Shown piece by piece: positions 1 through 8,958 of a stretch of DNA of 62,063 bases. Position 1 is the first letter of the stretch, and every line of letters starts with the position of its first letter. The translations under genes were made by a program, and so were the position numbers. This DNA is from a virus (lineage: Duplodnaviria > Caudoviricetes): IMG/VR virus record IMGVR_UViG_3300021962_000104, positions 1 to 62,063 of that record; one strand, 5' to 3'. The notes under the pieces are model-generated. The model searched no databases. It was not told the DNA's origin and worked only from the letters and a program-made list of their open reading frames with translations.

Positions 1-1
1 G

Positions 2-823
2 AAGGGCATTCTCAAGTCTGGTATCTTCTATCCCATCTACATCACAGGTCACTCTGGTAACGGCAAGACCATGGGTGTCGAACAGGCGTGCGCGCAGCTC
101 GGTCGCGAGTTGATTCGTGTGAACGTCACCAAGACCACCGACGAGATCGAGTTGTTTGGTTCCTACGAACTGATCAACGGCGACACCGTGCGTACCGATG
201 GTCCTGTAACCACTGCGATGCGTCGTGGTGCGGTGCTGTTGCTCGACGAGAGTGACTACGGTGCCGAGGGTTTGACCTGCCTTCAGGGTGTAATGGAAGG
301 CAAGCCATACTACGACAAGCGCACTGGTGAGGTCATTCATCCTGCCGCTGGTTTCATGATCGTTGCTACTGGTAACACCAAGGGCAAGGGCGACATCGAC
401 GGTCGCTACATGTATACCAACACCATGAACGAAGCGTTCCTGGAGCGTTTCGCCATCACCGTTGAGCAGGATTATCCGCCAGCCTCTGTTGAGCGCAAGA
501 TTTTGTCAAAGAACTTTAGCGAGTTGAATCTGTCTGATGATGGTTTCATTGATCACCTGATCAACTGGGCTGAGGTGATCCGCAAGTCTTTCAAGGAAGG
601 TGCGGTGGATGAGGTTATCACCACTCGCCGTCTGGTTCACATCGCGAAAGCCTATGCAATCTTTCAGGATCGCTCTCGTGCAATTCAGATGTGTCTGAAT
701 CGTTTCGACGAAGATACCAAGAATGCGTTCATGGATCTGTATACCAAGGTTGATCCTACAGCCAACACCGTGGCTGATGCGGTTTCAACCGAGGATCGGA
801 TTGAAAGTGATCCTGAGTTCTAA
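2..823 (+). CDS. cobS: CobS/MoxR-like AAA+ ATPase (5' truncated by window edge)
   Basis: Frame is open from base 2: Walker A GHSGNGKT just upstream of the listed Met, Walker B VLLLDE, NEAFLERF motif. Typical T4-like CobS-like gene. Confidence 0.85.
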   Translation, partial: KGILKSGIFYPIYITGHSGNGKTMGVEQACAQLGRELIRVNVTKTTDEIELFGSYELINGDTVRTDGPVTTAMRRGAVLLLDESDYGAEGLTCLQGVMEGKPYYDKRTGEVIHPAAGFMIVATGNTKGKGDIDGRYMYTNTMNEAFLERFAITVEQDYPPASVERKILSKNFSELNLSDDGFIDHLINWAEVIRKSFKEGAVDEVITTRRLVHIAKAYAIFQDRSRAIQMCLNRFDEDTKNAFMDLYTKVDPTANTVADAVSTEDRIESDPEF

Positions 824-829
824 AAAGAT

Positions 830-858
830 TTGCCATTACACTCTTTTCAGAGTATAAT
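830..858 (+). promoter_or_regulatory. Sigma70-type promoter
   Basis: TTGCCA(830-835)-N17-TATAAT(853-858), intergenic. Confidence 0.75.
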
Positions 859-925
859 GGTATTATGTTAGGCAAACCGCAACCTAACATTGAATTGAAG
901 TGCGGTGTTTTAGTTGAGGTGTTTT

Positions 926-1213
926 ATGTCTGCTGTTAATTCTATGTTTGATTACCTGCGCAGTGGTCGCTCTGTTACCACCAAGCAGGCTCGCACTCTG
1001 TTCAAGGTGAGCAATGTTGCTGATCTTGTCTACCGTTTGCGTAACGAAGGTGCTCCGATTTACACTAATCGTGTCACCACTAGCCGTGGCGAGAAGACTT
1101 TCTCTTATCGTCTAGGTATGCCGAGTTCTGCTTTTCAGGGTTACACTGACTCTGGTCACCGCGCTCGTGCTCGCAAGACTCTATACCGTGATGCCATCTC
1201 TGTAAGCATCTAA
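926..1213 (+). CDS. Small basic winged-HTH DNA-binding protein
   Basis: ATG 926 after GAGGT. Pattern YLRSGRSVTTKQA..F...VADLVYRLRNEG..I followed by a beta-hairpin wing. Confidence 0.6.
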   Translation: MSAVNSMFDYLRSGRSVTTKQARTLFKVSNVADLVYRLRNEGAPIYTNRVTTSRGEKTFSYRLGMPSSAFQGYTDSGHRARARKTLYRDAISVSI

Positions 1214-1254
1214 GAGTCCATCATCTTACTTTCTCCATCGGTAAGATGATAGTC

Positions 1255-1284
1255 GTGGGGGCGCAATGCCCCCACATTTCATTT
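1255..1284 (+). terminator. Probable intrinsic terminator
   Basis: GTGGGGGC-GCAAT-GCCCCCAC stem followed by ATTTCATTT. A second hairpin ATCATCTTAC/GTAAGATGAT lies at 1220-1250. Confidence 0.6.
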
Positions 1285-1311
1285 GCCATTTTGGAAAAAA
1301 ACATATATAAT
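1283..1311 (+). promoter_or_regulatory. Sigma70-type promoter of the DNA-modification operon
   Basis: TTGCCA(1283-1288)-N17-TATAAT(1306-1311). Confidence 0.75.
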
Positions 1312-1337
1312 CACATGATGACAAATAGGAGATTTCT

Positions 1338-2639
1338 ATGGTTCGAACAATTGTAGCCAAAGAAAAAGTAGATTGTGAGCATCTGCTTGGACAATTTGTA
1401 GATGAAAATCATTATGATGTCTTAGTAGAAGAAGATACAGATTGTTATATGCCCAACCTATTGGGTGGTGATGCTAAGACAGAACAAAATATCGCATTCA
1501 AGTTTCGTAAAAACTTTTTCACCAAGAAAGAACAAAAAGCGGCATATGAAGGTCTGAGAGAAGCCGCACTACCAACTCAAAATCGCGGACTTGCTGCTGG
1601 ACCAAAGGGCGCAATGTGCGGTGGACGTGAGTGGGTTACTGAGTTTCAATTGCGTGTGTTACAGTACTTTCAGAAGGGACAGGAGAACACTGCAATCAAA
1701 ATTGATGCGGAGAAAGAGGTCGCTAATCTCCGCGAGTTATATGGAGAAAAAGAATCAACACGCGGTCTTGTTTGGCTTTCGGCAAAAGTAAAGGCTGATA
1801 ATTTTCAGTTTGAAAAATGGCTGAAGGGTGCATTGAAGGCATCTGTGAAAGCCAGAAAGGAAGCAGCAAATAAAGTTGCAGAAAAATATATTTCAGATAC
1901 AACCTATGCCAATCAAGTCAATTCTGGTATCGCTGGTTGGTTTGATCGTTATCCACGCATTCCATACGGTCGTGCAACAGCCTACACGCAAAATGAATTT
2001 GATAAGTTTGAGAAGTCATTCCCATTCTTGCAGTCTCTAAATCGTGGATTCAAAGAACTTCTTCCGCAGCGTTGGGGGAATCAACGTGCTGCAGCAGATA
2101 CAATGGATCAGCGATTCCTAGTTCCTGAAACTGTATTCTCTACCATCACTGTTAATAAGACTTTCCGTACAGCCTGTCACCGCGATGCTGGTGACTTCAG
2201 CGATGGTCTAAGCAATCTGCTTGTACTTTCCAATGATGGTCGTTTCACTGGTGGTTATCTGGTATTCCCTGAGTATAGAACCGCAGTGAATGTGAGACCA
2301 GGAGATCTATTGCTTGTAAACAATCATGAGATCATTCATGGTAACACTCCAATTGTATGTGAAGAAGGTAGCGAGCGTATCAGTCTAGTTTGTTATCTTC
2401 GAGAGAAGATGCTTGAGTTGGGTTCTTATGAATATGAGAATTGGCGCTATCAGTTTGTTGAATCAAGAAGGCTCAACAAAGAACACAAACTTTGGAAGCC
2501 ACTCTGGAATGGTGTAAGTGAAGGTATGTGGGATTCCGATGAGTGGTTTGAGTATCTAGAAAAGAACGGCGGAGCAGAGATGGTGGAAAAATACCATCCA
2601 AAAACTGAATCTGCATCTACATTGGATGCATTTCTATAA
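1338..2639 (+). CDS. TET/JBP-family 2-oxoglutarate/Fe(II) 5-methylpyrimidine dioxygenase
   Basis: FSTITVNKTFRTACHRDAGD (HxD), HEIIHGNTP (distal His), ERISLVCYLRE (2OG-binding Arg). SD AGGAG. Confidence 0.85.
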   Translation: MVRTIVAKEKVDCEHLLGQFVDENHYDVLVEEDTDCYMPNLLGGDAKTEQNIAFKFRKNFFTKKEQKAAYEGLREAALPTQNRGLAAGPKGAMCGGREWVTEFQLRVLQYFQKGQENTAIKIDAEKEVANLRELYGEKESTRGLVWLSAKVKADNFQFEKWLKGALKASVKARKEAANKVAEKYISDTTYANQVNSGIAGWFDRYPRIPYGRATAYTQNEFDKFEKSFPFLQSLNRGFKELLPQRWGNQRAAADTMDQRFLVPETVFSTITVNKTFRTACHRDAGDFSDGLSNLLVLSNDGRFTGGYLVFPEYRTAVNVRPGDLLLVNNHEIIHGNTPIVCEEGSERISLVCYLREKMLELGSYEYENWRYQFVESRRLNKEHKLWKPLWNGVSEGMWDSDEWFEYLEKNGGAEMVEKYHPKTESASTLDAFL

Positions 2640-3328
2640 TGTGTGCCGTAATTGGGGTGTTGCTTGCCCAGGCAACCGAAGAAAATCTAAGTCTAGTCCG
2701 CAATGTATTCCTTGAGTCTAGGATTCGAGGATTACATGCAACTGGAATTTCATTCTTACAGAAAAACATAAAATCAATCATTGATCCTGTTCCAGCGGAT
2801 CAATTTGTGAATCGTCATCTAACATATCCAATTGAAAACTATCTAAACAGCGACGGCAATCTATACATGATTGGTCACTGCAGATATAGCACCAGTGATC
2901 TTGAGTACAATCAACCGATCTATAATGATCGCGCTTCAATAGTCCACAATGGTGTCATCTCTCAGGAACTCTATGAGAACTGGGAGAAACTATACAAGAT
3001 CAAAACAAAAACAAAAAATGACTCTGAGTTGCTTTTACACACAATAGAAAACGAACCACTGCAACTATGGGAGAATGCTTCCATCGCAGCAATTGAACTT
3101 CATCATGAGCGTATGTTGATTGCATATCGCAACGGAAAGCGACCTATATATTTGACAAAGTTGAAGAATGGTTATATAATTACTTCTACGAAAGACATTA
3201 TGACTCGCGCATCAAAGGGTAAATACGAAGCCAAGATGCTTGAGATGAATCAGCGTGTTGTGATGACTGCTGAAGATTTTTCTTATAGATATATTCCTAC
3301 CAATAGTTATGACTTGCAAATTCATTGA
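2639..3328 (+). CDS. Class II (Ntn) glutamine amidotransferase, stand-alone glutaminase domain
   Basis: N-terminal MC nucleophile, RG..ATG, GHCRYST, QP, VHNGVI, NDSE motifs. Coupled to the TET gene by TAATG. Confidence 0.85.
   Translation: MCAVIGVLLAQATEENLSLVRNVFLESRIRGLHATGISFLQKNIKSIIDPVPADQFVNRHLTYPIENYLNSDGNLYMIGHCRYSTSDLEYNQPIYNDRASIVHNGVISQELYENWEKLYKIKTKTKNDSELLLHTIENEPLQLWENASIAAIELHHERMLIAYRNGKRPIYLTKLKNGYIITSTKDIMTRASKGKYEAKMLEMNQRVVMTAEDFSYRYIPTNSYDLQIH
3152..3180 (+). promoter_or_regulatory. Consensus sigma70 promoter inside the amidotransferase gene
   Basis: TTGACA(3152-3157)-N17-TATAAT(3175-3180). Confidence 0.6.
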
Positions 3329-3950
3329 TTCAGAACAAGTAAAGCATATTCTAGTAAAATCTACCGAAGGAAAGAATACCAAATTTCTTTCTGCTTCACA
3401 CAGTCTTTGGACTAGATTTAAGAACTATGATTCAAGTCCACCATTTGCACTGATCAAGAATGATCAGGTTGTTTCTCTAATCTACGCCACATTCAATCGC
3501 GATGGATATACTAATCTATATGACATTGTTACAGTGCAGGGTCAAGAAGGGCATGGGTATGCATCTGAGATTTGGGATCACTATGTTGAATATGCTTGCA
3601 ATAAGAAGAATAGTAAACGATTAAAAATCTCTTGTACACCTTCTTCTCTAACATGGCACATGCGCAATGGTCTTGTTTTTTGGGCTGTGGATCCAACTGG
3701 ATCTTTGCGTAGTGATCAACCAATATTCAAGAATAGAGAAGAGCAAATGATCTTTCGTAAACTAGCAATTGATGATCCATCCATAGCACTACCTTCAGAA
3801 AAGGCTTGTGAAAGATTGCGTAAAGAATCATTAGAATCCCATGAGTTTGGCACTAAGAAAAAATCAATTGTTGAACAAGCAATAAAAACTGCTGGTGAAA
3901 CATGGCTTCGTGATGCATTATTTGGGAAGACATTATTCGATGTCGCATGA
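3309..3950 (+). CDS. GNAT-family acetyltransferase
   Basis: LYDIVTVQGQEGHGYAS (acetyl-CoA-binding motif A), followed by a W/H..NG motif B-like segment. Confidence 0.7.
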   Translation: MTCKFIDSEQVKHILVKSTEGKNTKFLSASHSLWTRFKNYDSSPPFALIKNDQVVSLIYATFNRDGYTNLYDIVTVQGQEGHGYASEIWDHYVEYACNKKNSKRLKISCTPSSLTWHMRNGLVFWAVDPTGSLRSDQPIFKNREEQMIFRKLAIDDPSIALPSEKACERLRKESLESHEFGTKKKSIVEQAIKTAGETWLRDALFGKTLFDVA

Positions 3951-4935
3951 AAGACGTGAACTATTCATTCGCTGGTATGCGTGGTCTCTAGAATATAGAG
4001 ACTGCGATCCAGCGGTATGGATGACTCAATATCTAAACAATAGATATGAGCATAACATAGAAGAAAGAATCTGGCTATGCTGGTTGTATGGAAATACATA
4101 CCAGCTTCCAACTGCATGGGTTCTAAAAAATGAATTCCCCGACTATGAGTTGGCGACTGTAGATCGCATCACTCAATGGAACACTGCAAACTATAAGAGA
4201 CTTCGCTACCAAGTAGATACGAAGTGGAACAAGGGTCATCTTCCTGCGATGTTTGAATCCTATCAAAAATTTATTGGTGACAAATCGCAGAAGGAAGTCC
4301 TGGAGAGTTACTATGGCGACAACGAAGAAGAAACCTTCGACAATCTATGGAATGCTATTAAAACTAATCTTCATAAGTTTGGTCGTTATTCCACTTGGTT
4401 TTATCTACAACACTTGCATCACACTGCTGGAATATTTGCGGCTCCTACTAGCCTTATGTTCTCTGATTATTCTGGCTCTCGTTCACATCGTAATGGCTTT
4501 GTTCTTGCCATCGGCGAGGATGACAGTTATGATAAACAACTTACTGCAAAAGAATATCAAAATCTTGAGGGAGTGGCTAAAGATATAATTGTTGAAATGC
4601 GTGAAAGATTCCCCAATTTATCTCATGAAATAGATTTTTATACAATGGAAACCTGTCTGTGCTCATTCAAGAAGATATTCCGAGAGCATCACGGTCGTTA
4701 TCTTGGCTATTATCTTGATCGCCAGTCAGAAGAAATCGTGCGAGCGGAACAAGATGGTTGGTATGGTATTGAGTGGAATGTTCTTTGGCAAGCAAGAAAT
4801 GAAACGCTATTTCCTGCACTCGCTGGAAGAAATAAAATTAACAAAGAAAACTTTACTTACTTCTTGAGATCAGGTAAACTACAACGAATGGACTGGATGT
4901 TCGAAGATAAGACAGAGATAGGATTGTATGCCTAA
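3940..4935 (+). CDS. Amino acid:DNA transferase (aGPT-Pplase2 family, HhH-glycosylase-like fold)
   Basis: DCDP near N-terminus, WLYGNTY, FGRYSTWFYLQ helix-hairpin-helix, METCLCSFKK, YLGYYLDR. Start chosen at MSHERRE. Confidence 0.8.
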   Translation: MSHERRELFIRWYAWSLEYRDCDPAVWMTQYLNNRYEHNIEERIWLCWLYGNTYQLPTAWVLKNEFPDYELATVDRITQWNTANYKRLRYQVDTKWNKGHLPAMFESYQKFIGDKSQKEVLESYYGDNEEETFDNLWNAIKTNLHKFGRYSTWFYLQHLHHTAGIFAAPTSLMFSDYSGSRSHRNGFVLAIGEDDSYDKQLTAKEYQNLEGVAKDIIVEMRERFPNLSHEIDFYTMETCLCSFKKIFREHHGRYLGYYLDRQSEEIVRAEQDGWYGIEWNVLWQARNETLFPALAGRNKINKENFTYFLRSGKLQRMDWMFEDKTEIGLYA

Positions 4936-5494
4936 GATAATTGCAATTGGTGGTGTTCCTGCAACGGGAAAGACCACTCTTATGTTTAAGATCATTTCAA
5001 TGGCTGATGACTGGAAGGTTATCAAGCCACAGAAACTTTTGGACGCAATGTTCAGCAAGAAATTGCGAACTGTAATTCTTGGTAAGTATCAAGATGATGG
5101 TAACGTATTCCAGGGAACTGATCGTCTAAGCATGGCAGTCCAACCAGACGCTGAAAAGTTCTTTGAAGAAGTCAAAGAGCAGAAGATCAACGTGCTGTTT
5201 GAGGGTGATCGTCTATTCAATGCAAAGATGTTAAACTCTCTGTCTGAGTCATACAGTGAATCAGACTTTAGAATTGTGGTCATACAAGCCAATCACGATA
5301 TCGTAGAACAGAGACATATTGATCGCAAGGATGACCAAGATGAGAAATTCAAGCGCAGTCGCGAAACAAAAATCTCAAACATCAGCGGAAACCTCCAGTT
5401 GATGGACTATATAGATACTGTAGACAATAATAATCTTGATGATCAAAAATTGATCATTGAATATATTAGCAAACATTTTAACTGGAGTGAATAA
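4928..5494 (+). CDS. P-loop nucleotide kinase, probable 5-hydroxymethylpyrimidine DNA kinase
   Basis: GGVPATGKTT Walker A, GTDRLSMAVQP, LFEGDRL. Adjacent to the amino acid:DNA transferase. Confidence 0.75.
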   Translation: MPKIIAIGGVPATGKTTLMFKIISMADDWKVIKPQKLLDAMFSKKLRTVILGKYQDDGNVFQGTDRLSMAVQPDAEKFFEEVKEQKINVLFEGDRLFNAKMLNSLSESYSESDFRIVVIQANHDIVEQRHIDRKDDQDEKFKRSRETKISNISGNLQLMDYIDTVDNNNLDDQKLIIEYISKHFNWSE

Positions 5495-5496
5495 TT

Positions 5497-6309
5497 ATGC
5501 AGATTGAAATCTCAGTAGAAGAACTAAGAAAAAAGAAACTGTTCGTTGCAACACCGATGTATGGTGGTCAGTGTTTTGGTATGTACACCAAGTCAGCACT
5601 TGATCTACAGGCTGTTTGTGCTAACTATGGAGTTGAGATTCGATTCTCATTTATCTTTAATGAATCGCTAATCACAAGAGCAAGAAACTATCTAGTAGAT
5701 GAATTCTTGCGTTCTGGATTCACTCATCTACTATTCCTAGATTCAGATATTCATTTTGATCCAAGAGACGTGATTGCACTTCTTGCTTTGGATAAAGAAA
5801 TCATTGGCGCACCGTATCCAAAGAAGTCAATCAAGTGGAATGCAATCAAAGATGCGATCGTAAAGAATCCTAATATTGAAGTCAAAGAACTGGAGAAACT
5901 TGCTGGTGATTTTGTGTTCAATCCAGTTCCTGGCACAGAAAGGTTCTCAGTTTCTGCACCAATTGAAGTTCTAGAAATTGGAACTGGATTCATGATGGTG
6001 AAGCGTGAAGTGTTCAAGCAGTTTGAAGAGAGATATCCTAATTTGCGATACAAGCCAGATCATGTTGGTCAGGCTAACTTCGATGGATCTCGTTACATTC
6101 ACGCATACTTTGACACTGTAATTGATACAGTAGAGAATGGTGGTAAGGGGTCTGATCGTTATCTATCTGAGGACTACATGTTCTGTCAGTGGTGGAGAAA
6201 CATGGGTGGTAAGATTTGGTTATGTCCATGGATGAAGACTCATCATATTGGTACTTATGCCTTCACAGGAGACATGCCAGCAGTGGCGAATTTCGTGGGG
6301 TCTTTGTGA
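5497..6309 (+). CDS. GT-A fold glycosyltransferase-like protein
   Basis: LFVATPMYGG, ESLITRARN, LLFLDSD (DxD), GTGFMMVKREVF, LSEDYMFC. Confidence 0.75.
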   Translation: MQIEISVEELRKKKLFVATPMYGGQCFGMYTKSALDLQAVCANYGVEIRFSFIFNESLITRARNYLVDEFLRSGFTHLLFLDSDIHFDPRDVIALLALDKEIIGAPYPKKSIKWNAIKDAIVKNPNIEVKELEKLAGDFVFNPVPGTERFSVSAPIEVLEIGTGFMMVKREVFKQFEERYPNLRYKPDHVGQANFDGSRYIHAYFDTVIDTVENGGKGSDRYLSEDYMFCQWWRNMGGKIWLCPWMKTHHIGTYAFTGDMPAVANFVGSL

Positions 6310-6941
6310 TAATAGGTCTTGTTGGTTTTATAGGAAGTGGAAAGGGAACCGTCGCTGATCTTCTAGTAGAGCACCACGGTTTCGTCAAAGAGAGTTTTGC
6401 TAACAGCGTCAAAGATTCTGTGGCTGCTGTCTTTGGTTGGCATCGTGAATTGCTGGAGGGTGCAACGCCCGAGTCTAGACAATGGCGTGAGCAGAAAGAT
6501 GAGTGGTGGTCAAATGCTCTAGGTCGCGAAGTGACACCACGTTGGGTGTTACAGCTGATGGGTACTGAAGCAGGACGCGATGTGTTTCATCCCGATCTTT
6601 GGGTACACACTGTCTTCCGTAGAATAGATTGGCATCCCGAACAACACTACGTTATTGCTGATGTTCGTTTTCCAAACGAGATCAAAGCCATTCAAAAACA
6701 TGGAGGCAAAGTTGTTCAGGTCACTCGCGGTGATCTTCCTTGGTGGTATCAGAAAGCTGAGGATCATAATCGCGCAGGTGCACATTTTCAATGGCTGGTT
6801 GACAACGTCCATGAGAGTGAATGGGCATGGGTTGGTAGCACCGTTGATTATCTTCTCCCTAATACTGAAGATATAGAAACTCTAAAGGAAAGAGTTGACA
6901 ACATGGTTGGAATTTTATATAATAGTTATGTTACACAATGA
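6306..6941 (+). CDS. Deoxynucleoside monophosphate kinase (T4 gp1-like)
   Basis: IIGLVGFIGSGKGT, SFA..VKD, TPRWVLQLMGTE, IADVRFPNE, HESE. GTG start overlapping the upstream TGA. Confidence 0.9.
   Translation: MIIGLVGFIGSGKGTVADLLVEHHGFVKESFANSVKDSVAAVFGWHRELLEGATPESRQWREQKDEWWSNALGREVTPRWVLQLMGTEAGRDVFHPDLWVHTVFRRIDWHPEQHYVIADVRFPNEIKAIQKHGGKVVQVTRGDLPWWYQKAEDHNRAGAHFQWLVDNVHESEWAWVGSTVDYLLPNTEDIETLKERVDNMVGILYNSYVTQ
6895..6923 (+). promoter_or_regulatory. Consensus sigma70 promoter upstream of gene 45
   Basis: TTGACA(6895-6900)-N17-TATAAT(6918-6923). Confidence 0.7.
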
Positions 6942-6950
6942 GGTATCTAT

Positions 6951-7619
6951 ATGAAACTAAGTACAGAAACAATTGATACATTGAAGAACTTTTCAACTAT
7001 CAATTCTAGTATTCTTTTCAAGTCTGGTAAGACATTGACAACAATCTCACCACTGAAGACTGTTCTAGCAACTGCTAAGATTGCTGAGGACATTCCAAGT
7101 GAGTTTGCCATCTATGATCTAAACAAGATGCTTGCTAAGATCGGACTACATAAAGATTGCGAACTGGAGTTTGAGGAAGATCGTGTAGTTTTTGATAGCG
7201 GTCGCCGTTCAGACTACATCAAGCATTGCTCACCAAAGGTGATTGTAACTCCACCAGATAAGAAGTTGACTGTCTCAAATCCAGATTATTCATTTGATCT
7301 AAGTCAGGAAGATCTTGAGTGGCAGCGTAAGAGCGCATCTATCTCAGGCTCACCAAACTTTGTATTTGAAAGCGATGGTGATAAGATCTATCTTGTGTCA
7401 ACTGACGTCAAGGATGATTCCGCTGATCGTTCTCAGACTGAGATTGGTGAAGGTGACGGTCGTAAGTTTTCTATTGTCATGAAGGTTGAGAACTTCAAGA
7501 TGATGGAAGGTAACTACACAATTGAAGTCTCAAAGCGTGGTCTGTCTAAGTTTACTAACAAGGACAAGGACATTGAGTATTTTATCGCAATCGAAGCAGC
7601 ACAATCGAGGTTTGAATAA
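6951..7619 (+). CDS. 45: Sliding clamp
   Basis: MKLSTETIDTLKNFSTINSSI, FAIYDL, YFIAIE. Sits upstream of genes 44/62. Confidence 0.95.
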   Translation: MKLSTETIDTLKNFSTINSSILFKSGKTLTTISPLKTVLATAKIAEDIPSEFAIYDLNKMLAKIGLHKDCELEFEEDRVVFDSGRRSDYIKHCSPKVIVTPPDKKLTVSNPDYSFDLSQEDLEWQRKSASISGSPNFVFESDGDKIYLVSTDVKDDSADRSQTEIGEGDGRKFSIVMKVENFKMMEGNYTIEVSKRGLSKFTNKDKDIEYFIAIEAAQSRFE

Positions 7620-7948
7620 TGAAGAAATTAATCATGACATTAACAATTCTATTCACCCCACCAACATGGGCTGATGATCCAAGGTACTACACCGAATACA
7701 AGAATGAGTGGAATGTGACTGATGCTTGGAATTACAAGTCAACTCAGCAGTTTCTTCGTTTCGGTGTAGAGTTTGATAAGTGGTATGCTGAGGTTGGTCC
7801 TATGTACAGCGGTGCTGGAGAACTAAATTATTCCAGCGAAGTGGGATACAAGTTCAAGATCACTGATCGTCTACAACTCAAGGGTAAGTTTGAGACCAAG
7901 GATGCAGGTTCAAAACTAGAAACTGAATTTCGTTATTATTTTCACTGA
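7619..7948 (+). CDS. Small exported beta-strand protein, outer-membrane-protein-like
   Basis: Signal peptide MKKLIMTLTILFTPPTWA, amphipathic strands (WYAEVGP, EVGYKFKI, ETEFRYYF). Confidence 0.5.
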   Translation: MKKLIMTLTILFTPPTWADDPRYYTEYKNEWNVTDAWNYKSTQQFLRFGVEFDKWYAEVGPMYSGAGELNYSSEVGYKFKITDRLQLKGKFETKDAGSKLETEFRYYFH

Positions 7949-8622
7949 TGAACATTGCAATTTTTTATCATATATTTCAGATAAATCATTGGGAGAAATT
8001 ATACACGCAACAAATACTTTCTCTGCAACAATCTGGTGTGTATGATGCAGCAAACTATATTCATATTGGGATCAATGGAAGTCTACCACTACCATTTGAT
8101 CTTATGAAGGTCAATAAAACAAATAGAAATGTGCACATCGATATAGGTGAAGCTGATACTCTAAGAGATCTTCATAATTTTTGCAAAGAACATACAGATT
8201 ATAAGGTGTTATATCTAAACATGTTGGGAGTTTCTTTTCCAGAGAATTTTCAAAATAAAATTTCATGGACTCAGTATCTCACACACTTCAATGTAAATAA
8301 TTGGCAAAGATGCGTACAGTTATTAGATAATTATGATTGTGTTGGAACTGAGTGGACAACTAAGCATCCATCTTTGGGTACTGATATTTCACCACATTAC
8401 GCTGGGAATTTTTGGTGGGCAAATTCTTCTTACATAAACAGATTAGATCTTAATTATTTGTATGGTAATAAACCTTATGGATTTGATGATTGGAAAGGTC
8501 AAAGAAGACATTTATCAGAGTTTTGGATTGGTACTGGATCACCAAATCATTATAATTTTTATTCAAGCAATAAAAACAAGTATATTGAATTGGTGAATCC
8601 ATCGGAATATGAACACATTTGA
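7948..8622 (+). CDS. Putative glycosyltransferase-like protein (GNFWWA family)
   Basis: IAIFYH...YAGNFWWANSSYI...EFWIG. Paralogous to 51563-52282 and to the C-terminal half of 50093-51559. Confidence 0.55.
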   Translation: MNIAIFYHIFQINHWEKLYTQQILSLQQSGVYDAANYIHIGINGSLPLPFDLMKVNKTNRNVHIDIGEADTLRDLHNFCKEHTDYKVLYLNMLGVSFPENFQNKISWTQYLTHFNVNNWQRCVQLLDNYDCVGTEWTTKHPSLGTDISPHYAGNFWWANSSYINRLDLNYLYGNKPYGFDDWKGQRRHLSEFWIGTGSPNHYNFYSSNKNKYIELVNPSEYEHI

Positions 8623-8629
8623 GGTAATT

Positions 8630-8875
8630 ATGGCATATACAGAAGTGCAAAAGACAGCAATCAAGGGTTGTCTACAGGAAATTTCTAATTCACTAACTAG
8701 AATTGAGGCTGAGAGGGATCTCATCAAGGAAGTCCTACAGCGCATGGCTGATGAGTTTGAAATCAATAAAAGACTTGCTCGTAGGCTCGCAAAGGTATAT
8801 CATAAGCGTAACATTGAGGAAGAAGTTGCACAGGTGCAAGAACTCAATGACACTTATGACATGTTGACTAAGTAA
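8630..8875 (+). CDS. T4 DsbA-like dsDNA-binding protein
   Basis: EISNSLTRIEAERDLIKE...LAKVYHK coiled-coil pattern. SD GAGG. Confidence 0.7.
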   Translation: MAYTEVQKTAIKGCLQEISNSLTRIEAERDLIKEVLQRMADEFEINKRLARRLAKVYHKRNIEEEVAQVQELNDTYDMLTK

Positions 8876-8881
8876 GTATGT

Positions 8882-8952
8882 TGGGGATGTTCGATCTAGA
8901 AGCGACACACTCACGCCAGACTGCTCGTCGCGGATTCACCCTCCCATCCCCA
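8882..8952 (+). ncRNA. Candidate structured intergenic RNA
   Basis: TGGGGATG/CATCCCCA closing stem and inner GCGAC/GTCGC stem, followed by a U-rich tract. Confidence 0.35.
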
Positions 8953-8958
8953 CTTTTC

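Noticed and set aside
2639-3328. Amidotransferase as part of a 7-deazaguanine pathway (Gat-QueC type) or as GlmS/PurF/AsnB
   Set aside because: No folE, queC/D/E or dpdA in the window and no synthase domain. Its context is the TET and amino acid:DNA transferase genes.
8882-8952. Retron msr-msd or tRNA remnant
   Set aside because: No reverse transcriptase in the window, and no cloverleaf or CCA end.
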